DNA of 64,000 nt from an uncultured Ignavibacteriaceae bacterium (GTDB taxonomy: Bacteria; Bacteroidota; Ignavibacteria; Ignavibacteriales; Ignavibacteriaceae), in contig CAWDGX010000001.1 in assembly GCA_963802005.1 (NCBI GenBank), positions 254,421 to 318,420 of the forward strand, given 5' to 3'. Within the stretch, counting starts at the first letter, position 1, and each line of letters opens with the position of its first letter. The notes under the pieces are model-generated. The model did no database searches and was not told the DNA's origin. It saw nothing but the letters and a program-made list of their open reading frames with translations. Positions 28,364 to 38,547 of the stretch are shown piece by piece. A program made the position numbers and the translations under genes.

Positions 28364-29084
28364 ACTTCTCACCGAGATAAAGTTTTTTAACTTCCTCATC
28401 ATTTGCCAGATCATCGGCACTACCTTGCTTGAATATAACTCCATCAATTAAAATGTAGCCTTTATCAACTATGCTCAATGTTTCGTGAACGTTGTGATCC
28501 GTTATAAGAATTCCAATTCCCCTATTCTTAAGGTTTGCCACAATGTTCATAATATCTTCGACCGCAATCGGATCAATTCCGGCAAAAGGTTCATCCAATA
28601 AAATAAAACTTGGATCAGTTGCAAGTGCCCGGGCAATTTCTGTTCTTCTTCTCTCTCCGCCGCTTAACTGAAAACCCTTGCTTTTTCTAATGTTAGCGAT
28701 TGATAATTCATCCAGAAGAGATTCACATTTTTTAAATCGCGCTTCTTTATCAAGGTTTGTCATTTCAAGAACTGCAAGAATATTTTCCTCAACAGTCAGT
28801 CTTCTGAAAATTGATGCTTCTTGGGGTAAATAACCAATTCCCATTCTTGCACGTTTGTACATCGGTATTTTTGTTATTTCTTCTTCATCAAGAAATACTT
28901 TACCGGCATCTGGTTTTATCATCCCTGTAATCATATAAAATGTAGTAGTTTTACCTGCACCATTTGGTCCAAGCAATCCGACAATCTCCCCTTTTGAAAC
29001 CTGCACTGAAGCCTTGTTCACAACTTTTCTTTTTTTGTAGATTTTAACGAGAGATTCGCTTCTTAAAGTATTACTCATTTTCAA
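28341..29084 (-). CDS. lptB: LPS export ABC transporter ATP-binding protein
   Basis: 247-aa ORF with Walker A GPNGAGKTT, signature LSGGERRR and Walker B ILLDEPF, plus the LptB-typical ...YLPQEASIFRRLTVEENI. It is adjacent to lptC and the lptA-like gene. Confidence 0.9.
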   Translation of the reverse strand: MKMSNTLRSESLVKIYKKRKVVNKASVQVSKGEIVGLLGPNGAGKTTTFYMITGMIKPDAGKVFLDEEEITKIPMYKRARMGIGYLPQEASIFRRLTVEENILAVLEMTNLDKEARFKKCESLLDELSIANIRKSKGFQLSGGERRRTEIARALATDPSFILLDEPFAGIDPIAVEDIMNIVANLKNRGIGILITDHNVHETLSIVDKGYILIDGVIFKQGSADDLANDEEVKKLYLGEKFRLDRYS

Positions 29085-30468
29085 CTTCGAGGTTCATTAT
29101 AAAATCATTTTTTTGTGGTCGATTTTCTTTCAAAACAAATTTAGGCAAAGTAAATGTTCTTTCTAAACCTTCCACTTTTACTTCGGGGTAATATTCACTT
29201 GTCGGAGAGCCGTACAATCTTACCTGATCAATTTCATTTTCTTTGAAGACTATAACGGCTGTATGTGCTGTCGATTTAGTTAATCCGTTCGGCTCATCAT
29301 CATCCAATAAAAAATAAATTGATTGAACCTTTCCTGCAAACTCAGCCCGCTGCAATCTGTTTTCCAAAAAATAAAGATGAACGCTGTCAGAAGATGTTTG
29401 GTCAAACCTTAGCTTGAATGTTTTGTTCTGAGAAAGCATAAAAGAATTATAATCGACTGTTAAATTTTTTATTTGACCTTCTTCGAGAAATATTGTGATT
29501 GAATCTCCCATCAACTGTGAATTTTCATACCACAAGACTGGTCTGGAAGCATCTTCGTTAATTTTAGCTGTAATTATTTTTTCCTGATCACGATAGTATG
29601 TCGTAAGATCGTTTACTGAAGCAAAACCACCTCTCAATATTTTCACGGAGTCAGTCGCTTTGAAGACATTCGTTCCACTACGAAAACTTTCCATCACTTC
29701 ACTTTTAATCATAAGAGTATCAATGGATATACTGGTTTGCAAAGAATCATCTTTGGTAAAGGTTGTATCTACCTGCAAAAGTATAGGGTTTTTATCGATT
29801 AGAGTATATTTCAACTCTCCGTCATCTTCGAGATGATTACCAAAAATAGTCAGGTTATCTCTTAAATTTCTAATGCTAACTGAACCGTCCGCTATACTAA
29901 ACTTTTTATTACGAAAGTGAGTAAGAGTATCTGAAATAATTATATTTGATAGGTCACTTATATTAACATTTCCAGTAGCAATCGATTTGTCTTCCTCTCT
30001 ATAGTAAGTTAACTCGTCGGCAATAAGTGTGGTTAATGAATCTACAAGTTTTACATTTGTTTGAAAGTAAGCTTTTGCTTGGTCGAAGAAATACTCACCG
30101 CTATCTGCAGAAAGCACAACTTTTGTATCATCCAGAATAATTCCTGAAGTACTTTTCGTCTTTTTCAAATTGCCAAAGTAGTACCCTATTTCAGTTTGCA
30201 GTGTAAGGCTATCTTGTTTGGCGATTACATTTCCAATCAACTCAGCTTCATTCCGAGCGATATACTGAATAGCTCTGTTACAGGTTATGGTTACGTTTCC
30301 CTGGTTCAATCGTACATTTCCAACAACTTCACGAACAGATTCACCATTGACTACTTTTCCAACAAGGCTATCACCAATTACAGTAATTCTCTCATCTTCA
30401 TTTTGGGGAAAAAGTGATATGCTGCTGATGACAAGGAAAAATAGAAGAAATGAAAATTTGATCATCAT
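29071..30468 (-). CDS. OstA/LptA-like periplasmic protein (unusually long, 465 aa)
   Basis: Signal peptide and an OstA_N-like beta-jellyroll N-terminus (VIGDSLVGKVVNGESVREVVGNVRLNQGNVTITCNRAIQY..NEAELIGNV). It sits between lptC and lptB with overlapping stop/start codons. Confidence 0.65.
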   Translation of the reverse strand: MMIKFSFLLFFLVISSISLFPQNEDERITVIGDSLVGKVVNGESVREVVGNVRLNQGNVTITCNRAIQYIARNEAELIGNVIAKQDSLTLQTEIGYYFGNLKKTKSTSGIILDDTKVVLSADSGEYFFDQAKAYFQTNVKLVDSLTTLIADELTYYREEDKSIATGNVNISDLSNIIISDTLTHFRNKKFSIADGSVSIRNLRDNLTIFGNHLEDDGELKYTLIDKNPILLQVDTTFTKDDSLQTSISIDTLMIKSEVMESFRSGTNVFKATDSVKILRGGFASVNDLTTYYRDQEKIITAKINEDASRPVLWYENSQLMGDSITIFLEEGQIKNLTVDYNSFMLSQNKTFKLRFDQTSSDSVHLYFLENRLQRAEFAGKVQSIYFLLDDDEPNGLTKSTAHTAVIVFKENEIDQVRLYGSPTSEYYPEVKVEGLERTFTLPKFVLKENRPQKNDFIMNLEVENE

Positions 30469-31001
30469 TCTTTTTTGGCGTTAGTAATATAAGTGATATT
30501 ATAGATTACATAATTTCTGAGGTGTTGATCAGATTCAAAACCGTATCCTTCAATATGTTCATCAGGAGAGTCGATGGTTACAAATTTGTCTGAAACAATT
30601 TTTCTATCCTTATCCCTCCATTTCAATTCATCGGTTTTTACAACAATTCCACTATCATTAACTGCCACAACACTGTCAATTGCATAAAGGTCATTAGTTT
30701 TCTCATCAACTCTACCTCGTTTGGATGTAAGTGTTGTAGTTTTTACCTCTAGCGAATTAAAAAATTCAACTTTAACTCCATCTTCCAGAATTGTTTCCTT
30801 ACTATTGCTAAATACCTGCAAATGACCTGTGTAAAGTATTGCTCTCGTTTTACCTGAGTCAGTAAAAAATATTTTTGAGTTCCAACTTTCCTGTGCCGGT
30901 AATTCTTCAACTACAAATGAGGAATCAACCTTTGGTTTTACATCCTTGCCAGTGCAGTTTACAATTATTAGTAAAATGAAGATTGAAAAGAGAAATTTCA
31001 T
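30465..31001 (-). CDS. lptC: LPS export system protein LptC
   Basis: 178-aa lipoprotein-like ORF. Size, position (kdsD-lptC-lptA-lptB) and beta-rich composition fit LptC. Sequence similarity was judged only by eye. Confidence 0.65.
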   Translation of the reverse strand: MKFLFSIFILLIIVNCTGKDVKPKVDSSFVVEELPAQESWNSKIFFTDSGKTRAILYTGHLQVFSNSKETILEDGVKVEFFNSLEVKTTTLTSKRGRVDEKTNDLYAIDSVVAVNDSGIVVKTDELKWRDKDRKIVSDKFVTIDSPDEHIEGYGFESDQHLRNYVIYNITYITNAKKE

Positions 31002-31975
31002 CTTCTTTGAAGTCCAAGCTTTAGAAGATCATGTAAGTGAACAATACCGATTGGTTTCTTCTCGTGGTCAGCAACAATCAGCGAAGTGATTTTGTGGCTT
31101 TCCATTATTTGAAGTGCAAAGGAAGCAAGGTAATCTTTATCTGTCACTTTTGGATTTTTGGACATTATATCTGTGGCAACAAGATTTTTTACATCCATAG
31201 TTTTCTCAAGAAGTCTTCTCAAATCTCCATCTGTAATAACCCCAGATAATTTTCCATCTTTATTTACTACACAAGTCGTTCCCAATCTTTTACTTGTCAT
31301 TTCAAGAATGATATCTTTCATTGATGAATTTTCTTTGACGATGGGAACGCTATCTCCTTTAGTCATTATCTCTTCAATCTTAAGTGAGAGACGTTTGCCA
31401 AGACTACCGCCGGGATGAAGAAGTGCAAAATCTTCAGCAGTAAAACCTCTCTTTTGAAGTAACGCAACTGAAAGTGCATCTCCCATCACTGCTGTGGCTG
31501 TTGTTGATGAAGTTGGAGCAAGATCGTGCGGACAGGCTTCTTCTTTAACACTGATGTTCAGAAAAATATCGCTTTCCTTTACAAGTTGTGAGTCAGGGTT
31601 TCCCGACATAGCAATTAATTTCACTCCCAATCTTTTGAACATTGGAAGGAGTTTGGAAATTTCATCTGTCGAACCACTTTTGGAAATAATAATAACAACA
31701 TCTTCCTTCCTGACCATACCAAGATCGCCATGCAGACCATCTGTGGGATGCATATAAATTGCTGCAGTGCCAGTTGAGTTTAATGTAGCAACCACTTTAC
31801 GCGCGACTAATCCTGACTTACCCATTCCGGTTAACACTACTCTGCCTTTTGCTTTATAAATTGTCTCAACTGCTTTTACAAAATCTTGGTTAATACTCTC
31901 TTCAAGATGTGCAACTGCATCGGCTTCAATTCGAATTACATTTTTTCCCGTTTTTATTATTTCATTATCTGTCAA
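30998..31975 (-). CDS. kdsD: arabinose-5-phosphate isomerase (KpsF/GutQ family; SIS + 2 CBS domains)
   Basis: 325-aa ORF; GRVVLTGMGKSGLVARKVVATLNSTGT (SIS domain) and two C-terminal CBS repeats. Confidence 0.9.
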   Translation of the reverse strand: MTDNEIIKTGKNVIRIEADAVAHLEESINQDFVKAVETIYKAKGRVVLTGMGKSGLVARKVVATLNSTGTAAIYMHPTDGLHGDLGMVRKEDVVIIISKSGSTDEISKLLPMFKRLGVKLIAMSGNPDSQLVKESDIFLNISVKEEACPHDLAPTSSTTATAVMGDALSVALLQKRGFTAEDFALLHPGGSLGKRLSLKIEEIMTKGDSVPIVKENSSMKDIILEMTSKRLGTTCVVNKDGKLSGVITDGDLRRLLEKTMDVKNLVATDIMSKNPKVTDKDYLASFALQIMESHKITSLIVADHEKKPIGIVHLHDLLKLGLQRR

Positions 31976-32016
31976 AATTTTTCCTCATCAAAATTTTTAA
32001 ACACTTAATCTTTTTA

Positions 32017-32781
32017 CTACAACTTTTTAACAAGAGTATCGATCTGCTGAATTTCTGTTAGTAACTTTTCTAACTCACTTAAAGGCAATTGACTTTCTGC
32101 ATCACTTAGAGCATTTGACGGATCAGGATGAACTTCCAGAAATAGAGCATCGATACCAACAGCTGCTGCAGCTTTTGCAAGTGGTTTTATAAATTTTGGT
32201 TGCCCTCCTGTTTTACCACCGCTACCGGGCATCTGAACCGAATGAGTTGCATCCATAACAACCGGATAACCTAACTCTTTCATAATTACCAGTGATCGCA
32301 TATCAACAACAAGATTGTGATAACCAAAAGTGGTGCCTCGTTCAGTAAGTAATATTTTTTTATTTCCGGTTGATTCAATTTTTTCAATTGCGTATTTCAT
32401 ATCTTCAGGAGAAAGGAACTGACCTTTCTTTACATTTACTGCTTTTCCTGTCTGACCTGCAGCAACTAACAATTCAGTTTGCCGACATAAAAATGCTGGT
32501 ATTTGCAAGACATCAGCTGTGTCTGAAACCAGAGATATTTCTTCTATTGAATGAACATCTGTCAACAGCGGAACATCAAATTCTCTTTTAACTTTTTCAA
32601 GAATTTTAATTGCATCCGAATCTCCGATACCACTAAATGATTTTAAACTTGTTCGGTTTGCCTTTTTATAACTTGATTTGAAAATAAACTGAATACCCAG
32701 TTTAGAAGTTATCTTTTGAATTTGTTCAGCGGTAGTGAAAGTAATTTTTTCGTTTTCAACTACACAAGGTCCGGCTATCAA
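32017..32781 (-). CDS. kdsA: 3-deoxy-8-phosphooctulonate synthase (TTG start, or short N-terminal frame problem)
   Basis: 254-aa ORF; IAGPCVVENE...FKSSYKKANRTS...DVHS...LQIPAFLCRQT...KKGQF...TERG...DATHSVQ are KdsA motifs. An upstream ATG at 32815-32817 is out of frame. Confidence 0.9.
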   Translation of the reverse strand: MIAGPCVVENEKITFTTAEQIQKITSKLGIQFIFKSSYKKANRTSLKSFSGIGDSDAIKILEKVKREFDVPLLTDVHSIEEISLVSDTADVLQIPAFLCRQTELLVAAGQTGKAVNVKKGQFLSPEDMKYAIEKIESTGNKKILLTERGTTFGYHNLVVDMRSLVIMKELGYPVVMDATHSVQMPGSGGKTGGQPKFIKPLAKAAAAVGIDALFLEVHPDPSNALSDAESQLPLSELEKLLTEIQQIDTLVKKL

Positions 32782-32996
32782 ACGAGCGGAAGATTTGACC
32801 CAATCTTAACATTTTTTATCTCGATCATAACTCAATCTAATAAATTACTGTAATAATGTGTAAATATAAGAAATTATGTGATTTTTTTGCTTTCGAATTG
32901 TTATCTTAAATTGCCTCTGAAAAATTTTTACATTGGTTTATCTTTAAGAATACAATATCTACATTACCATTAATTAACTCAACAAAAGACTTTTTT

Positions 32997-35475
32997 ATGA
33001 TTAAACGAATTCTGCTTTTTCAACTAATTATCTCATCAGTAATTTTCAGCCAGCCTGCTGAATCACTTAATTCATCCGAAATAAAAATTGCATTACAAAG
33101 ATTAAATACTCTTGGGACGGTGCTTTATATTGCCGCCCACCCGGATGATGAAAACACGGCATTCCTTGCTTATTGTAATTATGCTGAACATTTACGAACA
33201 GGTTATCTTGCACTCACAAGAGGTGATGGCGGACAAAATTTAATCGGTGATGAGCAAGGTGATCTTCTTAGCGTAATTCGAACACAGGAGCTTCTACAGG
33301 CAAGAAATATTGATGGTGCCGAACAATTTTTTTCAAGAGCAGTTGATTTTGGATATTCAAAAACACCAGAGGAAACTCTGGAAAAATGGGGTAAAGAAAA
33401 CATCCTCTCCGATGTAGTTTGGGTTATTCGGAAATTCAAACCAGATGTAATAGTAACCAGATTCCCTCCTAGTGGGCTTGGTAGACATGGTCATCACACT
33501 GCTTCTGCCTTGCTTGCAATCGAAGCATTTAATTTATCCAATGATCCAAATGCATTTCCTGAACAACTTAAATATGTTCAGCCTTGGCAGGCGAAAAGAA
33601 TTTTCTGGAATGCATGGACACCCGCACTAAATTCTATGGGAATTAATCCTGATACTTTAATCAAAATTAATTTGGGAGACTACAACAAGCTTTTGGGAAG
33701 ATCCTACACAGAAATATCTGCAGAAAGCAGATCAATGCACAAAAGTCAGGGTTTTGGTGCATCAGGAATAAGAGAAAATTTATTACAATTATTTTCTTCA
33801 GTTAGAAGGTAAACCAGCAAAGGAAAATTTATTTGAAGATATCGATTTAAGCTGGAACCGTGTAGAAGGTAGTCAGAAAGTTTCAATGCTATTGAAATCT
33901 GCAGAAGAGCAATTTGATTTTGAAAATCCTTCTAAGATTATTCCACTTTTGACAGATGCATATTTCGAACTTCAGAAACTGGATGATAAATATTGGGTTG
34001 AAATTAAAATCAACATGAACTATTGAATGTAATAAAATCCTGTGCAGGAATTTGGGCGGAGGCAGTTACCGATGAAGATCTTATTTCTCCGGGAAGTGAA
34101 TTAAAGGTTAGCACTGGATTTGTGGTCCGGTCAGATATTCCAGTAACTTTAAAATCTATTCAGATTGACTATCAGAAAAGTGATTCAACTCTGAATTCAG
34201 AAATGGTTCAAGGAGAAATGATTTCAGTTGAAAGGACAATTTTAATCCCTGAAGATGCAAAATACAGTCAGCCATATTGGCTAGCTGAAGGGAATCACAA
34301 AGACATTTACATCGTCGAAGATCAAAATCTTATTGGTCAGCCAAAAACTGATTATCCACTTTATGCAAAGTTTGTTACAGATATAAATGGTGTAGAGATA
34401 GACTTTGAGATTCCAGTATTTTACAGGGAGAATGATCGTGTAAAGGGAGAAGTTTACAAGAGAGTTGAAATTGTTCCCGAGGCAGTAATCAATTTTGAAA
34501 AAAGATTATACCTTGATAAAAAATAATGATGAGAAAGAAATAAATGTTTTTGTAAGAAGTATAAAAGGAAATTTGAGTGGTTCAGTGAAACTCTTAACAG
34601 AAGAAGGATGGAATATTTCTCCGGCAGAGTATAATTTCAGTTTTTCAGATAAAGGACAGGAGCAGGAATTTAAATTCAGGATCAATTCAACTAACAGTAA
34701 TCCTTCTGCAATAATTAAAGCTGAGCTTAATATTGATGGAAAGAAATTAAATAAAAGCCTTGTCACAATTGACTATCCTCACATTCAACCACAAACAGTT
34801 TTATTTGATGCTGAAGCAAAGATTCTTAAGCTGGATTTTCAAAAAAAGACTGTGAATAAAATTGCTTATATAATCGGCTCTGGAGATAAAATTCCAGAAT
34901 TATTAAGTGACTTAGGATTTTCAGTTGATGTTTACACAGACGAATCTTTGTCCACTGAACTTCTTCAAAATTATGATGTAGTAATCACCGGTATCCGTGC
35001 TTACAATACTAATCAACGGCTTGCTACTGATCAAAAAAATCTTCTAAACTATGTTGGGAATGGTGGGACTTTAATTGTGCAATACAACACTTTGGGAGAA
35101 TTAGTTGCAGATCCTTCTCCATATCCTCTCAAAATTTCAAGAGACCGCGTGACTCAGGAAAATTCACCTGTTACTATACTTAATCCAAATCATTCGGTTA
35201 TGAATTATCCTAATCAAATTACTTTGGAGGATTTCGATGGATGGATTCAGGAACGTGGGTTGTATTTTCCGAATGAATGGGATGAAAAATTTTTTCCTTT
35301 GCTGGAGATGAATGATTTTGGCGAGTCACCTAAAAATGGATCTTTGCTGATTGCAAACTATGGTGAGGGAGTATTTATTTACACAGGTATTTCATTCTTC
35401 CGACAATTGCCAGCCGGAATCGAAGGCGCTTACAGACTTTTCATAAATTTATTATCTGCCGGCATAAATGAATAA
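32997..35475 (+). CDS. large secreted PIG-L/LmbE-family deacetylase, three frame breaks (~33795, ~34018, ~34500)
   Basis: ORF 32997..33812 has the PIG-L motif AHPDDEN plus HGHH. Reading continues as LEGKPAKENLFEDIDLSWNRVEG... (frame +1) and then into ORFs 34023..34526 and 34495..35475. The last ORF shows a class-I glutamine-amidotransferase-like tail (VVITGIRAYN...GGTLIVQYN). Confidence 0.7.
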
Positions 35476-35614
35476 AGATGTTGATAAAAATAATTTAACC
35501 GAAGATGATATCCCTCCAATCTTCAATAGCTGGAATAAATTGTATGGATTTGTTTTTTTCACGCTGGTAGTGCTAGTATTTCTGTTCTATTTATTCACGA
35601 AGGCATTTGAATGA
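35468..35614 (+). CDS. small (48-aa) single-TM protein translationally coupled to the symporter
   Basis: Below the ORF-track size cutoff. MNKDVDKNNLTEDDIPPIFNSWNKLYGFVFFTLVVLVFLFYLFTKAFE*. The start overlaps the PIG-L gene stop, and the stop overlaps the symporter ATG (ATGA). Confidence 0.45.
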   Translation: MNKDVDKNNLTEDDIPPIFNSWNKLYGFVFFTLVVLVFLFYLFTKAFE

Positions 35615-37288
35615 GTAGTCTTGATTGGATTGTTATGTGCGGCTTCATCGGTTTTGTAGTGATGTATGGAACTTGGAAATCGAGAAATGCACGCGATGTT
35701 GATACATACCTTCGTGCAGGAAGAACTTCTAAATGGTGGCTGGTCGCTTTGTCAATTATGGCTACGCAGGCGAGTGCAATTACTTTCCTTTCGACTCCAG
35801 GCCAAGCTTATGTGGACGGAATGCGATTCATTCAGTTTTATCTTGGCTTACCCATTGCAATGATTATTCTTTCCATTACAGCCGTTCCGATTTATAATAA
35901 ATTAAATGTTTACACCGCTTATGAATATCTTAGAAAAACGTTTCGACTTAAAAAACAGAATGCTTGGCAGCGCATTATTTCTTACTCAAAGAGGATTAGC
36001 AGCCGGTTTTACAATTTATGCACCCTCTTTAATCCTGTCTGTTATTCTTGGTTGGGAAATGAACATAACCATTATCATTGTTGGTGTAATGGTAATCATC
36101 TATACAACTATTGGAGGTACCGTTGCTGTAAACAAAACCCATTTTCTTCAAATGATAATAATTACTGTCGGAATGTTTTCTGCTTTTTTTATTCTAATGT
36201 CTTTTCTACCGGAGGATGTTTCATTAATTGATGCCGCATACATCGCTGGAAAGATGGGAAAACTTAATGCCATTGATTTTACTTTTGATTTAAATAACCG
36301 TTATACTTTTTGGTCGGGAATAATCGGTGGAACTTTTTTAATGCTTTCTTATTTCGGAACTGATCAATCCCAGGTTCAGAGATATCTTGCAGGTAGCTCC
36401 GTAAAGCAAATAAAGATGGCACTGCTCACAAATGGATTGGTTAAAATCCCGATGCAGTTTATTATTTTATTTATAGGGGCAATGGTATTTGTTTTCTTCC
36501 AGTTTGTTACTCCACCACTGTTTTTTAATCCTGTTGAAGAAGCAAACGTGAAATCAGGCAGTTATTCTTCAGAGTATCAAATGGTTGAAAATCAATATTC
36601 TGAAATTCATCAAGAGAAACAGCAAGAATTAAAAAAACTTATCTCTTCTCTTGACAGTGATGATAAAGCATCCATTGAAAGTCAAACTCAGATCATTGTT
36701 GACAAACAAAGAGAAGCCGATGAGCTTAAGAACAGTGCCGTTGAGATTATAAAAAAATCAGACCCGAATGCTGATTCCAATGATACTAATTATATTTTTC
36801 TCACTTTCATTATTAACTTTTTACCAATCGGTTTTGTGGGATTACTTATCGCTGCAATACTTTCAGCTTCGATGTCTTCAACTTCCGCTGAATTAAATGC
36901 GCTTGCATCAACAACCGTTATTGATTTTTATAAACGATTAATAAAAAGCGATGCGGAGGATGAACGATACCTTAAAGTTTCAAAGATTGCAACTGTCTTT
37001 TGGGGGATGTACGCAATCTTTTTTGCACTATTGGCAAAGGAACTTGGGTCATTAATTGAGGCAGTAAATATACTGGGTTCATTAGTTTACGGAACAATCC
37101 TTGGAATTTTTCTTACTGCTTTCTATTTGAAAAAAGTTTCCGGGACACCAACTTTTCTTGCTGCATTATTGGCTGAGCTACTGGTTCTGTATTGCTACTT
37201 ATTTACAGAAATTTCCTTTCTTTGGTACAATGTTGTCGGCTGTCTTACAGTAGTTGTCGGTGCATTTATAATAAATAATATTTATTAA
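35611..37288 (+). CDS. sodium:solute symporter family (SSF) transporter, frame broken at ~35928
   Basis: ORFs 35611..36231 and 35906..37288 join as ...VYTAYEYL|EKRFDLKNRMLGSALF..., a conserved SSF motif. The protein is polytopic throughout. Confidence 0.8.
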
Positions 37289-37374
37289 ACCTGCAACGGT
37301 GTGATTTGCATTGGTTGAATATTTGTTCGGATTTTATATATTTCATTTGAACATATAAAAAATATTCAGGTTTA

Positions 37375-37581
37375 ATGATGAAGAAAAATGAATCAAATTT
37401 TCTTGTCTCAGGTCTCATCATCGGGGGAATCCTTGGTGCAGGACTCTTCATTTATTTAAGTTCGAGATTTATCAGCAAAACGAATAAAAACAGGCGGGAA
37501 CGAAAAAATAAATTTTATGAAGGTATTGATGATATATTCGATGAAAGCGCTAAAGCCACTCCCAACGAATACACGTATTGA
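37375..37581 (+). CDS. hypothetical small membrane protein
   Basis: 68-aa ORF with one TM helix (FLVSGLIIGGILGAGLFIYL) and a charged tail. No family recognised. Confidence 0.4.
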   Translation: MMKKNESNFLVSGLIIGGILGAGLFIYLSSRFISKTNKNRRERKNKFYEGIDDIFDESAKATPNEYTY

Positions 37582-37641
37582 TAAGGAAACAGAAGACGGT
37601 ATAATCGACGAACTATTCTCTCGAACTAATTAAAATTTATT

Positions 37642-38217
37642 TTGGCTAAACAAAGACAAGAAGAGATTATTCGCGCTGCATCCAAGCGGTTCAGCAGGCA
37701 TGGGTTTAGTAAAACTACCCTTGAAGAAATAGCACGGGATGTCAGAATTGGCAAACCGACCATCTATCACTACTTTAATTCAAAAGACGATTTATTTTAC
37801 AGTTCAATTACTTTTCAATCCACCCAATTTATTGAAGATATTAAAGCAATTTTTAATAATCAGGATTTACCTGTTGGTGCAAGATTATTGGAGTATTTCG
37901 CTTTTAAAGAAACCATAAATCATCGTTATAAATTACTGTACGATCTTTTGCTGGCGTTATTTGAAGATGAATCTCTGGAAAAAGAAAAACAAATTCTTCA
38001 AAACTTATTGCAAAAAGAATCCGAAGTTGTTGGACTAATTTTAAATTCAATTTATACTGGTCGAATTGAAAGTATGAACATAGCACTTCCCTACTACATT
38101 GTGCATTTAAGCTGGGGATTGTTGTTCAGCAATATCATAAAAGAATTTAACTCGGAAGACAAAGCTGTTAATATGAAAGAATTATTGTTCAAAAGTCTTG
38201 AATCAATTTTATCTTGA
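37642..38217 (+). CDS. TetR/AcrR-family transcriptional regulator
   Basis: 191-aa ORF with an N-terminal HTH: IIRAASKRFSRHGFSKTTLEEIARDVRIGKPTIYHYFNSKDDLF. Confidence 0.88.
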   Translation: MAKQRQEEIIRAASKRFSRHGFSKTTLEEIARDVRIGKPTIYHYFNSKDDLFYSSITFQSTQFIEDIKAIFNNQDLPVGARLLEYFAFKETINHRYKLLYDLLLALFEDESLEKEKQILQNLLQKESEVVGLILNSIYTGRIESMNIALPYYIVHLSWGLLFSNIIKEFNSEDKAVNMKELLFKSLESILS

Positions 38218-38333
38218 TTAATTTCAAATTGTTTCCAATAAAAAGTTTATCTTTAATTAATTTGAATCTTTAACCCTCCATAGCTAACTTTCTTCAGAAA
38301 ATTCCTCAATTTTTAAATGTTATTTTTTGATAA

Positions 38334-38546
38334 ATGATTTCATTTTTTAATAGCTGGTTTCCATTTATCTACCTCTACGGGGTTGGAGGTATATTCTTCT
38401 TTTTCGGTTTATTTATTATTAAAAAAAGTGGTGCAATAGACCTGACAAAGAAACAACATAAATTTTGGATGAAAGTAATGATTTTTGGTTTCTTTTACTT
38501 TGTAGCCCTTCACTTCTTTTTAATAATTGCAGCTCTCTACTTCTAA
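38334..38546 (+). CDS. small (70-aa) two-TM membrane protein preceding the second symporter
   Basis: ORF-track entry. Its stop at 38544-38546 lies 1 bp before the symporter ATG at 38548. Confidence 0.45.
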   Translation: MISFFNSWFPFIYLYGVGGIFFFFGLFIIKKSGAIDLTKKQHKFWMKVMIFGFFYFVALHFFLIIAALYF

Positions 38547-38547
38547 T

